A DNA stretch of 64,000 nt, from positions 109,648-173,647 of the forward strand of contig CAZULC010000001.1 of assembly GCA_964621165.1 (NCBI GenBank), given 5' to 3'. Position 1 is the first letter of the stretch; each line of letters begins with the position of its first letter. The notes beneath the pieces are model-generated. The model was not told the DNA's origin. It worked only from the letters and a program-made list of their open reading frames with translations, and did no database searches. Shown here piece by piece: positions 1-8,895 of the stretch. The position numbers and the translations under genes were made by a program. The stretch comes from an uncultured Ruminococcus sp. Lineage in GTDB: Bacteria; Bacillota; Clostridia; Oscillospirales; CAG-272.

Positions 1-459
1 CACAACGTAGCGTAGATCCCCGAAGAGCCGGATTAGGTCAGATGAGCGGGTCATCAGCATGGCTTCAAGGGACTCGGGTGTTATCTGGAGTATGCCGCCC
101 GGATTCTTCAGCGCCTTCTGCTTGTGTGAGGAAGCCACGTCCCCATGCCAGTGGAAAACCGGAATCCCTGCCTCCTCGCATAATTCGGAAATGCGTAGGA
201 ACTGGTCGTTTATTAACGATTTCAGGGGGGCAATGTAGAGCGCACCGATGGAGAGAGGCGGATTTTCGTAAAACTCGGAGAGAATCGGGAAAAACGCCGC
301 CTCAGTCTTGCCGGAAGCCGTCTGGGATGGGAGGAGAAGATTGTCGCCGGTGTTGAAAATGACGTCTGCCGCCGCAGTCTGGACGGGAGATAACGACTCC
401 CACCCGTGGGAATAGATGAACTCCCGTATGAAGGGAGAATATTTTTCAAATGTACTCAT
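1..459 (-). CDS. sngC: DEAD/DEAH-box (Lhr-like) helicase, first 153 codons; CDS continues past the left edge; third gene of the Shango-type operon
   Basis: Own translation from the ATG at 459-457 (minus strand): MSTFEKYSPFIREFIYSHGWESLSPVQTAAADVIF...LLPSQTASGKTEAAFFPIL...HWHGDV. It has a Q-motif and a Walker A GKT and stays open to position 1. It is missing from the ORF track because it is edge-truncated. Confidence 0.75.
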   Translation of the reverse strand, partial: MSTFEKYSPFIREFIYSHGWESLSPVQTAAADVIFNTGDNLLLPSQTASGKTEAAFFPILSEFYENPPLSIGALYIAPLKSLINDQFLRISELCEEAGIPVFHWHGDVASSHKQKALKNPGGILQITPESLEAMLMTRSSDLIRLFGDLRYVV

Positions 460-523
460 AACATTTCAACTTCACTTAATAAATCAAACAAAACGTAGAC
501 GAATCGCCCCAAATCTAAATTAA

Positions 524-702
524 ACTTTGTTGTAATAAAGTTTTGATCAAACTTTTCCAAAAGTTTGTAGGGGTCAAGGGGACAAAGTCCCTTGCGACTT
601 CCGCAGAAGTCGTTCCCCAAGACTTCAAAAAAGTTCCTCTTTTTGCTTCTTTGGAATTTCGAAGAAATTCGCTCCTCGCTAAAGGAGAAAAAGAAGAACT
701 AA
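524..702 (+). repeat. Family-1 (F1) structured intergenic repeat, copy 1 (full, with an extra GAATTTC-GAA-GAAATTC hairpin insert)
   Basis: Contains CAAACTTTT-CC-AAAAGTTTG, GGGAC-AAA-GTCCC, GACTTC-CGCA-GAAGTC, CTCCTCGCTAAAGGAG. Aligns with 7 other copies. Confidence 0.9.
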
Positions 703-735
703 CAGTCTGAAATCATAATATTCTAATCAAAAAAC

Positions 736-2103
736 TCAAAACTCAATATCATCCAACGAAACCTTAACCGATTCAACTTTCACCGTATCTTCCTTCGCTT
801 CACCACTGACTTCACCCGCGGGCGCAATGCTTCTCTTTACCTTGCTCATTATCTCAGCAAAACCGTACTCACGGTTCGTGTACATTAGGTCAAGCAGCGT
901 CACATAGTCCCGTATTATCTCACGGGGCGTAATCATGACCTCCGCTCCTTCACGACTCATGCTCGAGAGTAAAAACGCCTTCATGTTCTCTTCCGTCACC
1001 ATTGGCTCCCATTTGTGGTACTCTCCGTGTAACGCCGTCAATCGCATCACTAACGCAAGCATCTCCGAATCCGATAACCGCCGTAAGCGAATCACGGGCT
1101 GCATTAACGAACGTAATTCCCCTGAACCAAAACTGTCCTGTAAGCGGCTCCGTAAGGCCTCGTAGCTGAATAACCCACGCCGCGTGTCCTCGAGAAACTG
1201 CGGAGTCCCTCCGAATATTATGATCAAACCCGGCGCACGCCCCTGCATCGTGTCGTTGAACATCGATAGTATCTTCTCGTAATTGTTCTCACGGGAAATT
1301 CTGTTCGGGATTTTGTAAAGGTTCACACATTCGTCAATGTAAACGCATAACCCCGAATACCCAGCTAAACGCACAAACGCCGTGAATAACTTTAAATAAT
1401 CATACCAGTTATCGTCGTTGATTATGCTCAGCGAACGGATTCCAATGGCGTCCCGGGCCTCTGTGCGCGTGTTGTACTCCCCGCGTATCCACTTTAAACA
1501 GGCTGAAGCTAAATCGTCATTTCCGTCACACCATGCATTGTAGTACGTCCGTAATATAGAGGAAAAATCAAATCCTCCCACACCGGCCTCAAGTTCCCGT
1601 AAACAGGACATAATCTTCCTGCCAAACTCAACCCGGTATGCCTCACTTGACTCGTCTAAGCCCGAGTTTATCAGCTCACCGCCGATTTTCGTGAACCACT
1701 TGCCAAGTATCACCGATAAAGCCCCGCCGTCAGGGGATGACTTCACCGCCACGTTCTTCATAAGCTCACGGTAGGTCGCAAGCCCGCTGCTGTTCGAACC
1801 CGATAACTTCCGCTCAGGTGAGAGATCACAGTCGGCTGTGACAAATCCAAGATCCAACGCATACCCACGGGAAAGCTGGATCAGAAAGGACTTTCCCGAA
1901 CCGTATCGGCCAATGATGAACTTCGTGGCACCTTCGCCGTCAGCAACCCGGTCCAAAGCCGCAACTAACGCACCGATTTCCTCAGTACGGCCGATGGCAA
2001 TGTAAGGCGCACCCACACGGGGAACAACTCCGCCGGAGAGAGAGGAAAGAAGAGTCCCCAGAATCCGACGCGGCACTTTCGCCGTATTTTTAGTTTCAAG
2101 CAT
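736..2103 (-). CDS. sngB: P-loop ATPase, DUF2791/BrxD-like (Shango SngB-like)
   Basis: 455 aa. Walker A GRYGSGKS, Walker B CVYIDEC, GAGGA RBS. Lies between the TerB gene and the helicase gene. Confidence 0.7.
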   Translation of the reverse strand: MLETKNTAKVPRRILGTLLSSLSGGVVPRVGAPYIAIGRTEEIGALVAALDRVADGEGATKFIIGRYGSGKSFLIQLSRGYALDLGFVTADCDLSPERKLSGSNSSGLATYRELMKNVAVKSSPDGGALSVILGKWFTKIGGELINSGLDESSEAYRVEFGRKIMSCLRELEAGVGGFDFSSILRTYYNAWCDGNDDLASACLKWIRGEYNTRTEARDAIGIRSLSIINDDNWYDYLKLFTAFVRLAGYSGLCVYIDECVNLYKIPNRISRENNYEKILSMFNDTMQGRAPGLIIIFGGTPQFLEDTRRGLFSYEALRSRLQDSFGSGELRSLMQPVIRLRRLSDSEMLALVMRLTALHGEYHKWEPMVTEENMKAFLLSSMSREGAEVMITPREIIRDYVTLLDLMYTNREYGFAEIMSKVKRSIAPAGEVSGEAKEDTVKVESVKVSLDDIEF

Positions 2104-2160
2104 AAATCAATCCTCAGCTTCACAAACTTCACGTATAAGAATCACAATAAATCCCAGCTT

Positions 2161-2234
2161 CACGTATTTGTAATAAGTTTAGGTCAAGGGGACAAAGTCC
2201 CATTATCGACTTCCGCAGAAGTCGAAACACCCCC
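2161..2234 (+). repeat. F1 repeat, copy 2 (5' half only)
   Basis: CACGTATTTGTAATAAGTTTAGGTCAAGGGGACAAAGTCCC..TCGACTTCCGCAGAAGTCGAAAC, then the alignment ends. Confidence 0.85.
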
Positions 2235-2253
2235 AGCATTCTCCCCATCTCAT

Positions 2254-4401
2254 TCACCCGCCGTTTTTCTCAACCCACTCAACCGCGTCATCCCTGTAGT
2301 CCTCGATTACTTCCCCGTCTTCGATAAGCACATCCCCTATTACCTCAAGAAATACAGTGTTCACCCGGTCCGTCAGCTCACCTTCGTATATCCCCGCCTC
2401 TCGCGCATACTGCCGGAATCTCCCATCTAAAGCCGCTTTAACAGCACCAAGAATCACCCAATCTACAACATTCCCGGCATCCCCACCATCTCCGCCCGAT
2501 CCAATTGCCACCGTATCCCCACCGACTTCATCAGCCGCCATAGACAAGTCCGCATCTTCCTCAGCCACCACCAGCCGCTCCGTGTTCACCCATGACTCAC
2601 GCTCAATCGCCTCGGCCGCAGCTACATCAAACCCCGCCGTCTCTGCCTCGTAGTTCGCCATGTAGCCCTCCGGCATGTACTTCTCGTCCAAACTCTTCTT
2701 CCGCTTTGCACCTGACTTCTCCAAAACCGGAGCAAAGTATCGGTCTATCACATCCGCGTCTCGTATGTCGACCTGCTTCGCCAATAACTTCGACTTTAAC
2801 CCGTATGCCTCGCGTACCTTGTTCTCCGAATACTTTATTGCTTTGGTCATAATGTCCCGGGTGCTCTCAAGCCGGATGCAGGACGATAACTCAAGCTCAA
2901 TCCGCTTCTTCGAACGAATCGACGCAACCGCTCCTACGTAGGAATCCCGCACCATCCTGTATGTCCGGCCAAACCCAAATATCCCGCGCCGCCCCTCATA
3001 CTGGGACTTAAGTACCGCCGCCACAGCCCCCGGAATCAACTCGTCGTATTCGGACTTGTACTGAGTGTAATACCTGCTCGTCTTGTAGTCGTAATCCGAC
3101 ATGGAGTAGGTGAATACGTCGGTCAGCGAACGGTATAGCCGAACCTCGTCACCTGAATATTCCCGGAATATGCCGTCAAGATAAAACTCCTTTATCTGCG
3201 AACGCGCAACTATCTCCGGTAAATACGGTATAAGCCCCGACGGTACACTTATCTCGTGTATCAGACAGTAGTCCGCAAGCCAGTCGCTTAAATTGCACAT
3301 GAATAACGGGTACTTGTCCCGAAAATCACGCTGATACTTCAATAATAACGCGGTCAGTACCTCAGCTCGCCGGTTGTTTTCACCTGCGTCACCGTCCGGC
3401 TCGTTTATCAGCTCAAATACATATAATTGAATGTACGAAAGGTCGCACTCCGGATACTTTCCGTGAGCTATGCACTCCTTCACCCAGTCGTAATACTCTA
3501 TTTGACTGCGGGTCATGTGACTGAACTGGGGGACATAGGAGAAAAACTTCACCTCGGGTATGTCCACGGTGTATGGGTAACGGGATACCCGCTTCCGGCT
3601 CACCTCAACGTCCTCCGCAAATCGGGAGTAAAAATCCGTCTCCGATGACCAGTCCTTTATCGTGACCCCCTTGATGAACGCACCGCCCGGCTCGTATTTC
3701 ACCTCACGCTGAACCGTACTCCCGTCAGTGTTCCCGCCCCGCCTTAATCGGGATTGATCGCCGCTGTCACCGACTCCGACACGCCTCTGCTTCCTTGCAC
3801 GGGAGTATGAACCGTAGGAGTACCCCGACACCGACCTCTGCCCGTCAACCGTCCTGATAACCCTGCCGCTGCTCCCGACGTCCCTGTTATCCTCGCCTCC
3901 TATCAAAACCGTAACCGGCTTCTTCTCCTTCTTCTCGCCGGAGGATGAATCGTCTTTTGCCTTGATTGCCTCGATCTCCTTCACAAGCTTGCTCACACCA
4001 TTGTAAAGAAGAGTCTTTCCCATTTCCGGATCGTACTCGGAATCACGCTTTGGTATGGCTTCACGGGAATATACGGCCTTCTCTTCAATTTCACTTTTCC
4101 CGCCGCCCAAATCCACCTTGACGCGCTCAACATCCGCCACATCAAGGGATCCGGGTGAAAACGACGGCTTCGAGTACGTCTTCTTTCTCGGCTCGCCCAT
4201 GTCCCAGAAGTCCCCGTCGTCAAAATCCCGCCATACCTCCCGGGACGTCTTTACTTTGCCGTCTTCTGAGGGAACACGCTTTTCTTCGACGGCTACGTTT
4301 TCTTCGACTTCTTCGCTTTTTTCGATTTCTTCGTTTATAATCTGCTCAGCTTCACCGGATTTATCTCCCGCCGGAAAGTTTTTTTCATCCGCCATGTTCA
4401 T
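2254..4401 (-). CDS. sngA: TerB-N / TerB-C domain protein (Shango SngA-like)
   Basis: The central region FFSYVPQFSHMTRSQIEYYDWV..YIQLYVFELINE is TerB-N-like. The C-terminal region LDGRFRQYAREAGIYEGELTDRVNTVFLEVIGDVLIEDGEVIEDY is TerB-C-like. Start moved from 4422 to the ATG at 4401, behind GGAGTGGGAGG. Confidence 0.7.
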   Translation of the reverse strand: MNMADEKNFPAGDKSGEAEQIINEEIEKSEEVEENVAVEEKRVPSEDGKVKTSREVWRDFDDGDFWDMGEPRKKTYSKPSFSPGSLDVADVERVKVDLGGGKSEIEEKAVYSREAIPKRDSEYDPEMGKTLLYNGVSKLVKEIEAIKAKDDSSSGEKKEKKPVTVLIGGEDNRDVGSSGRVIRTVDGQRSVSGYSYGSYSRARKQRRVGVGDSGDQSRLRRGGNTDGSTVQREVKYEPGGAFIKGVTIKDWSSETDFYSRFAEDVEVSRKRVSRYPYTVDIPEVKFFSYVPQFSHMTRSQIEYYDWVKECIAHGKYPECDLSYIQLYVFELINEPDGDAGENNRRAEVLTALLLKYQRDFRDKYPLFMCNLSDWLADYCLIHEISVPSGLIPYLPEIVARSQIKEFYLDGIFREYSGDEVRLYRSLTDVFTYSMSDYDYKTSRYYTQYKSEYDELIPGAVAAVLKSQYEGRRGIFGFGRTYRMVRDSYVGAVASIRSKKRIELELSSCIRLESTRDIMTKAIKYSENKVREAYGLKSKLLAKQVDIRDADVIDRYFAPVLEKSGAKRKKSLDEKYMPEGYMANYEAETAGFDVAAAEAIERESWVNTERLVVAEEDADLSMAADEVGGDTVAIGSGGDGGDAGNVVDWVILGAVKAALDGRFRQYAREAGIYEGELTDRVNTVFLEVIGDVLIEDGEVIEDYRDDAVEWVEKNGG

Positions 4402-4439
4402 GCCTCCCACTCCTTCAAACATTAGTTCGTTAATATCTT

Positions 4440-4468
4440 ATTATATCATGAAAATTTACCCGTGTCAA
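4440..4468 (-). promoter_or_regulatory. Sigma-A type promoter for the TerB-ATPase-helicase operon
   Basis: Minus strand reads TTGACA (4468-4463), 17 nt spacer, TATAAT (4445-4440). Confidence 0.6.
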
Positions 4469-4567
4469 TACATATGGATAACGAAATAAAAATATTTTTC
4501 CGTGATTATTTGTCAAGTCCCGCCGAAAACAGGAGTCAGTCCAGTGAATTTTCATACATTTTTGCGG

Positions 4568-4596
4568 TTGACAAAACTGGCGGTTTATAATATAAT
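4568..4596 (+). promoter_or_regulatory. Sigma-A type promoter for the 4635 fusion gene
   Basis: TTGACA (4568-4573), 17 nt spacer, TATAAT (4591-4596). GGAG RBS before the ATG at 4635. Confidence 0.6.
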
Positions 4597-4634
4597 ATTT
4601 TTAATTATATTATGAGATAAATGTAGGAGAAATC

Positions 4635-7181
4635 ATGAAAATATCATTCTCAACCCTCGGCTGTCCCGACTTCGGCTGGACGGATATATATTCACTGGCA
4701 AAGGACTTCGGCTTTCACGGAATCGAAATGCGCGGACTTGGCGGCAATATCTTCTCGGTCCACGCCTCCCCCTTCAAGCCGGAAAACCTGCCCAAAACAA
4801 AAGCACAGCTTCGTAAGCTCAAGCTTGAAATCTGCTGCCTCTCCTCCGGCTGCGCACTCAGATTCAAGGACAAGCACAGCGAGACCATGGAGGAGCTGAA
4901 GGAATACATCAACCTCGCACATGAGCTTGGCACACCATACATCCGCGTCCTTGGTGACCTGACGGCTGAGCCTACGACGGACTTCCCCGACGAGAACGTA
5001 ATCGAACCCATGAAAATCCTCGCTCCCATCGCGGAAGAGGCGGGAGTTACACTGCTAATCGAGACAAACGGCGTCTATTCCGACACCAAACGCCTCGCCG
5101 ACGTACTCGCGCAGATCGGATCCGATAACGTAGCCGCACTCTGGGACTTCAACCACCCCTACCGCTTCAATGGCGAGCTTCCCGAAACCACAATCAATAA
5201 TTTAGGTGCGTACATCAAGCACGTCCACATCAAGGACTCCGTTGTAATCGACGGCAAAGTCCACTACCGCCTTGTAGGTGAGGGCGACCTTCCGCCAATG
5301 GCTGACTACATGAAGGCTCTCCGCTCACTGAACTACGAGGGCTATATATCTCTCGAATGGCTAAAGCAGTACGCACCTGAGCTGTCCGACGCGGGTATAG
5401 TCTTCCCCCACTTCGCCCACTTCATGTCAAAATACCTCGGCGAAAATCACGGCGACGGCAGACTCCAGAAGAATAACCGGGGCGACGGTGAGTACATCTG
5501 GGAGAAGAATAAACTCATAGACCTGACCTTCCCGCAGGTTCTCGACAGAATGTGCGAGGAATTCCCCGACCAGTGGGCTTTCCGCTATACCACCCTCGAC
5601 TATAACCGCACCTACAGCGAATTCCGGGACGACGTGGACACCTTCGCACGCTCTCTCATCTCCCTCGGAGTAAAACAGGGGGACCACGTTGCAATCTGGG
5701 CGACAAACGTACCCCAGTGGTATATAACATTCTGGGCAAGCGTGAAAATCGGCGCGGTCCTCGTCACGGTCAATACCGCCTATAAAATCCACGAAGCTGA
5801 ATACCTCCTTCGCCAGTCCGACACCCACACCCTCGTAATGATCGACGGCTATAAGGACTCGGACTACGTCGCAATCATGAAACAGCTCATCCCCGAGCTT
5901 GAAACAAACGGAAACTCCGTTGACACCGTAAAGCCCATCCACAGCCGCTCCCTCCCGTTCCTGCGCAACATCATAACAGTGGACTCAAGACAGAACGGCT
6001 GCCTCACATGGGACGACGCCCTCTCGCTGGCCGATAAAACCCCCGTCGAAGCCGTGTACACCAGAGCCGCAATGATAAATAAACACGACGTGTGCAACAT
6101 GCAGTACACCAGCGGCACCACCGGATTTCCCAAGGGAGTCATGCTCACCCACTATAACGTGGTAAACAACGGTAAAGCAATCGGCGACTGCATGGATCTC
6201 TCCACCGCCGACAAAATGATGATTCAGGTGCCCATGTTCCACTGCTTCGGCATGGTTCTGGCAATGACCGCCTCCATGACCCACGGAACAACAATGTGTC
6301 CGATTCCGGCGTTCTCACCAAGAAAGGGTCTTGACTGCATAAGCAGAGAACAAATCACAGCCTTCCATGGAGTCCCCACAATGTTCATAGCAATGCTTGG
6401 ACACGAGGACTTCCCCAAAACCGACTTTTCCCATATGCGCACCGGAATCATGGCCGGCTCCCCCTGCCCAATCAAAGTAATGGAAGAGGTGGTGGAGAAA
6501 ATGCACATGAGCGAAATCTGCATCACCTACGGTCAGACCGAGGCTTCCCCCGCTACCACTATGTCAAAGACCACCGACTCCCTTGAAACCAGAGTGAATA
6601 CGGTGGGAAGCGCAATCTTCGGCGTGGAGTGTAAGATAGTGAACCCCGAAACCGGCGAGGACTGCCCCGATAACGTGGACGGCGAGTTCGTGGCACGGGG
6701 ATATAATATAATGAAGGGTTACTATAAGATGCCCGAAGCTACAGCCGCCGCAATCGACGAGGACGGTTGGCTCCATACAGGTGACCTCGCAAGAAGACTG
6801 CCCGACGGTAACTATAAAATCACCGGCAGAATCAAGGATATGATTATCCGAGGCGGCGAGAATATATACCCCAAGGAAATCGAGGACTTCATCTATACCT
6901 ACCCCAAGGTGCAGGACGTTCAGGTCATCGGCGTGCCGGATAAGAGCTATGGCGAGGAAATTATGGCGTGCGTTATAAAGAAGCCCGGGGAGGAGTGTAC
7001 AGAAGAAGAGATCAAGGATTACGTCAGGACCCATATGGCAAAGCATAAGGTGCCAAGGTATGTTGTGTTCGTGGAGTCATTCCCCATGAACGCCGCGGGT
7101 AAGATCCTTAAGTATAAGATGAGAGAAGAAGCACAAAAACTCCCCCAGTTCAAAGAAGCCGCTGGAATAGTCACGGCCTAA
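4635..7181 (+). CDS. Fusion protein: xylose-isomerase-like TIM barrel (sugar-phosphate isomerase/epimerase family) + AMP-forming acyl-CoA synthetase/ligase
   Basis: 848 aa. The N-terminal ~270 aa (MKISFSTLGCPDFGW..GIEMRG..IETNG..HVHIKD) look like a TIM barrel. The C-terminal ~550 aa carry YTSGTTGFPKGVMLTH, GWLHTGDL and GRIKDMIIRGGENIYPKEIE. Confidence 0.75.
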   Translation: MKISFSTLGCPDFGWTDIYSLAKDFGFHGIEMRGLGGNIFSVHASPFKPENLPKTKAQLRKLKLEICCLSSGCALRFKDKHSETMEELKEYINLAHELGTPYIRVLGDLTAEPTTDFPDENVIEPMKILAPIAEEAGVTLLIETNGVYSDTKRLADVLAQIGSDNVAALWDFNHPYRFNGELPETTINNLGAYIKHVHIKDSVVIDGKVHYRLVGEGDLPPMADYMKALRSLNYEGYISLEWLKQYAPELSDAGIVFPHFAHFMSKYLGENHGDGRLQKNNRGDGEYIWEKNKLIDLTFPQVLDRMCEEFPDQWAFRYTTLDYNRTYSEFRDDVDTFARSLISLGVKQGDHVAIWATNVPQWYITFWASVKIGAVLVTVNTAYKIHEAEYLLRQSDTHTLVMIDGYKDSDYVAIMKQLIPELETNGNSVDTVKPIHSRSLPFLRNIITVDSRQNGCLTWDDALSLADKTPVEAVYTRAAMINKHDVCNMQYTSGTTGFPKGVMLTHYNVVNNGKAIGDCMDLSTADKMMIQVPMFHCFGMVLAMTASMTHGTTMCPIPAFSPRKGLDCISREQITAFHGVPTMFIAMLGHEDFPKTDFSHMRTGIMAGSPCPIKVMEEVVEKMHMSEICITYGQTEASPATTMSKTTDSLETRVNTVGSAIFGVECKIVNPETGEDCPDNVDGEFVARGYNIMKGYYKMPEATAAAIDEDGWLHTGDLARRLPDGNYKITGRIKDMIIRGGENIYPKEIEDFIYTYPKVQDVQVIGVPDKSYGEEIMACVIKKPGEECTEEEIKDYVRTHMAKHKVPRYVVFVESFPMNAAGKILKYKMREEAQKLPQFKEAAGIVTA

Positions 7182-7185
7182 ACTG

Positions 7186-7327
7186 CACGTTGTTGTAAAA
7201 AGTTTAGGTCAAGCCTTTTCAAAGGCTTGTAGGATTCAAAGGGACAAAGTCCCTTGTCGACGACCGCAGTCGCCGAAACATCCCAAGACTTCTAAAGAGT
7301 TCCTCTTTTGGTTCTTTGCTCCTCGAT
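7186..7327 (+). repeat. F1 repeat, copy 3 (3' end truncated)
   Basis: CAAGCCTTT-TC-AAAGGCTTG, GGGAC-AAA-GTCCC, TCGACGAC-CGCA-GTCGCCGA, AAAGAGTTCCTCTTT, ending at GCTCCTCGATA. Confidence 0.9.
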
Positions 7328-7550
7328 ATCAGGTTCGACTACGTTGAAAGGCAAATCCACCTCCCCCATAGCCTACCTCGAGGGTATCTACGTCGCCGAA
7401 GAGTATAGAAACCACGGCTGGGCAAGGGAAATGGGCTGCACCGAATTCGCAAGCGACTGCGAACACGACAACGCCGCCAGCCTGAATTTCCACCTCGCCG
7501 TAGGATCCGAGGAAGTAAAACGTCTAATCTGCTTTAAAAAAGACCTGTAA
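7328..7550 (+). pseudogene. Remnant of an AAC(6')-like GNAT acetyltransferase (C-terminal ~70 codons only)
   Basis: ..IAYLEGIYVAEEYRNHGWAREMGCTEFASDCEHDNAASLNFHLAVGSEEVKRLICFKKDL*. The N-terminal half is absent, and the A-motif to GCTEFASD spacing is shorter than I expect for the family. It abuts the truncated F1 copy. Confidence 0.55.
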
Positions 7551-7571
7551 CCATATAAAAACCCAATACAT

Positions 7572-7626
7572 AAAAAATCACCCTACCCCAACGGAAACCC
7601 CCGCCGGATTAAGGTGATTTTTTTGA
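7572..7626. terminator. Possible bidirectional terminator hairpin between the GNAT remnant and the end of the phage module
   Basis: AAAATCACC (7574-7582) pairs with GGTGATTTT (7613-7621), with A/T runs on both sides. The 30-nt loop is long for a canonical terminator. Confidence 0.35.
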
Positions 7627-7672
7627 CTCTTTCTCTTTCTCACTGCTTTATCTTATGCAAAGCATCGTTGTT

Positions 7673-8797
7673 TCATTCCCGCTTTACCTGAAAAACCGGC
7701 ACCGCTGACTTATTTCCTATGTATATCGCCGACGCCGGCTTTATTCCCCCGCTTGTGTAAACATAAACGTTCGTCTGCGTAACCGCCAATTCGGAACCGT
7801 ATACCCAGTTTGACGAACGGCCATATACGGAATTCACAGGAACCGCCCTCACTCGGTACCTGACCCTGCTCCAGCCGTGCTCGGCCATGTCCGTAAACGA
7901 AACCGACTCGCCACTGTATATCAAACCGTATGATTCTCCATCAACCGACCGCTCAAGCTCGTATACCCTGCCTGACATTTCAAGATTGTCGATTGGCACG
8001 GACCAGCTTAACTTCACCGAAGCTCCGGCCGTCGGCTCGCTGTATGTAAAATCATAGGGCGAAAATAATGTGTAGGCTGGCTGCGCAGTGAACACGGGCG
8101 TGTTGACCTCGGCTATGCCTATGTAGTCCTCCAGTCCCGCCTCGGGAGTCGAGTATAACGCCGCAACTCCACGGTAACGGCATGTGTCATCCGTGTTGAA
8201 GGCTATGGAATACGACGCGGACCCCGACGAACCCATCCTTCCGCTCTCACGCACAGTCCGTACCTCGGTCCCGTCTATCACCGAACGGTTGAGAGTCTCG
8301 TATACCATAATCAGACTGCACCACATTCCCGCGTTTTCCGATACCGAAGCCGGAACCTGCGACTGCCAGTATATCGAAACGTCGTCTCGAAGCCGCACAC
8401 CATATAAACGAAAATCAAACTCCGGCGCCGGATCAGTGTAACTCCCCTTCCACTTTATAACGTACCCGTCGGCAAAATCATCAGCGAGATACTTCACCCG
8501 ACAGCCGATTGTCAGCTCCTTCACCCCGCCGTCATACGCAAAGTCAACCCCAACTTCCGAATCAAACTTGTCCACAATGACATACTTCTTCTCGCCGTTG
8601 TACGTAACCGGAACTTCAATCGAATAGTTGTAGTAGTACCCCTTGGGAACCATCGGCTCAAGACTCACGTATAACCTTTCACCGTCAGTCTTCAGCCGAA
8701 GCTGCACGTAGGTGTTCTTGTCAATGTCCTCACCGTAACACCCGCGTAAAATCATCTCTCCGCAGGAAATATATAAAACCTTCATCTTCTCCTCCAT
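7673..8797 (-). CDS. Phage tail-fibre/host-recognition-position protein with a C-terminal Fn3-like segment
   Basis: 374 aa and the last gene of the module. C-terminal VKLSWSVP..YELERSVDGESYGLIYSG..YRVRAV resembles an Fn3 domain. An alternative start at 8785 lies behind GGAGGAG. Confidence 0.4.
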   Translation of the reverse strand: MEEKMKVLYISCGEMILRGCYGEDIDKNTYVQLRLKTDGERLYVSLEPMVPKGYYYNYSIEVPVTYNGEKKYVIVDKFDSEVGVDFAYDGGVKELTIGCRVKYLADDFADGYVIKWKGSYTDPAPEFDFRLYGVRLRDDVSIYWQSQVPASVSENAGMWCSLIMVYETLNRSVIDGTEVRTVRESGRMGSSGSASYSIAFNTDDTCRYRGVAALYSTPEAGLEDYIGIAEVNTPVFTAQPAYTLFSPYDFTYSEPTAGASVKLSWSVPIDNLEMSGRVYELERSVDGESYGLIYSGESVSFTDMAEHGWSRVRYRVRAVPVNSVYGRSSNWVYGSELAVTQTNVYVYTSGGIKPASAIYIGNKSAVPVFQVKRE

Positions 8798-8895
8798 TTT
8801 CCGCCATAGTCATTGCCGCCGCCCCATCCTCAGCTCAAATTCCCGCTGGAATATAATCCCTCTCCAGCATTCCTTCCCCACCACGCACCACTGCA

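Noticed and set aside
7300-7345. tRNA-like T-arm (GGTTCGAC) and other GGTTCAAA strings in F1 copies
   Set aside because: No acceptor stem or anticodon arm can be drawn around them. The strings are part of the repeat consensus or its truncated junction.
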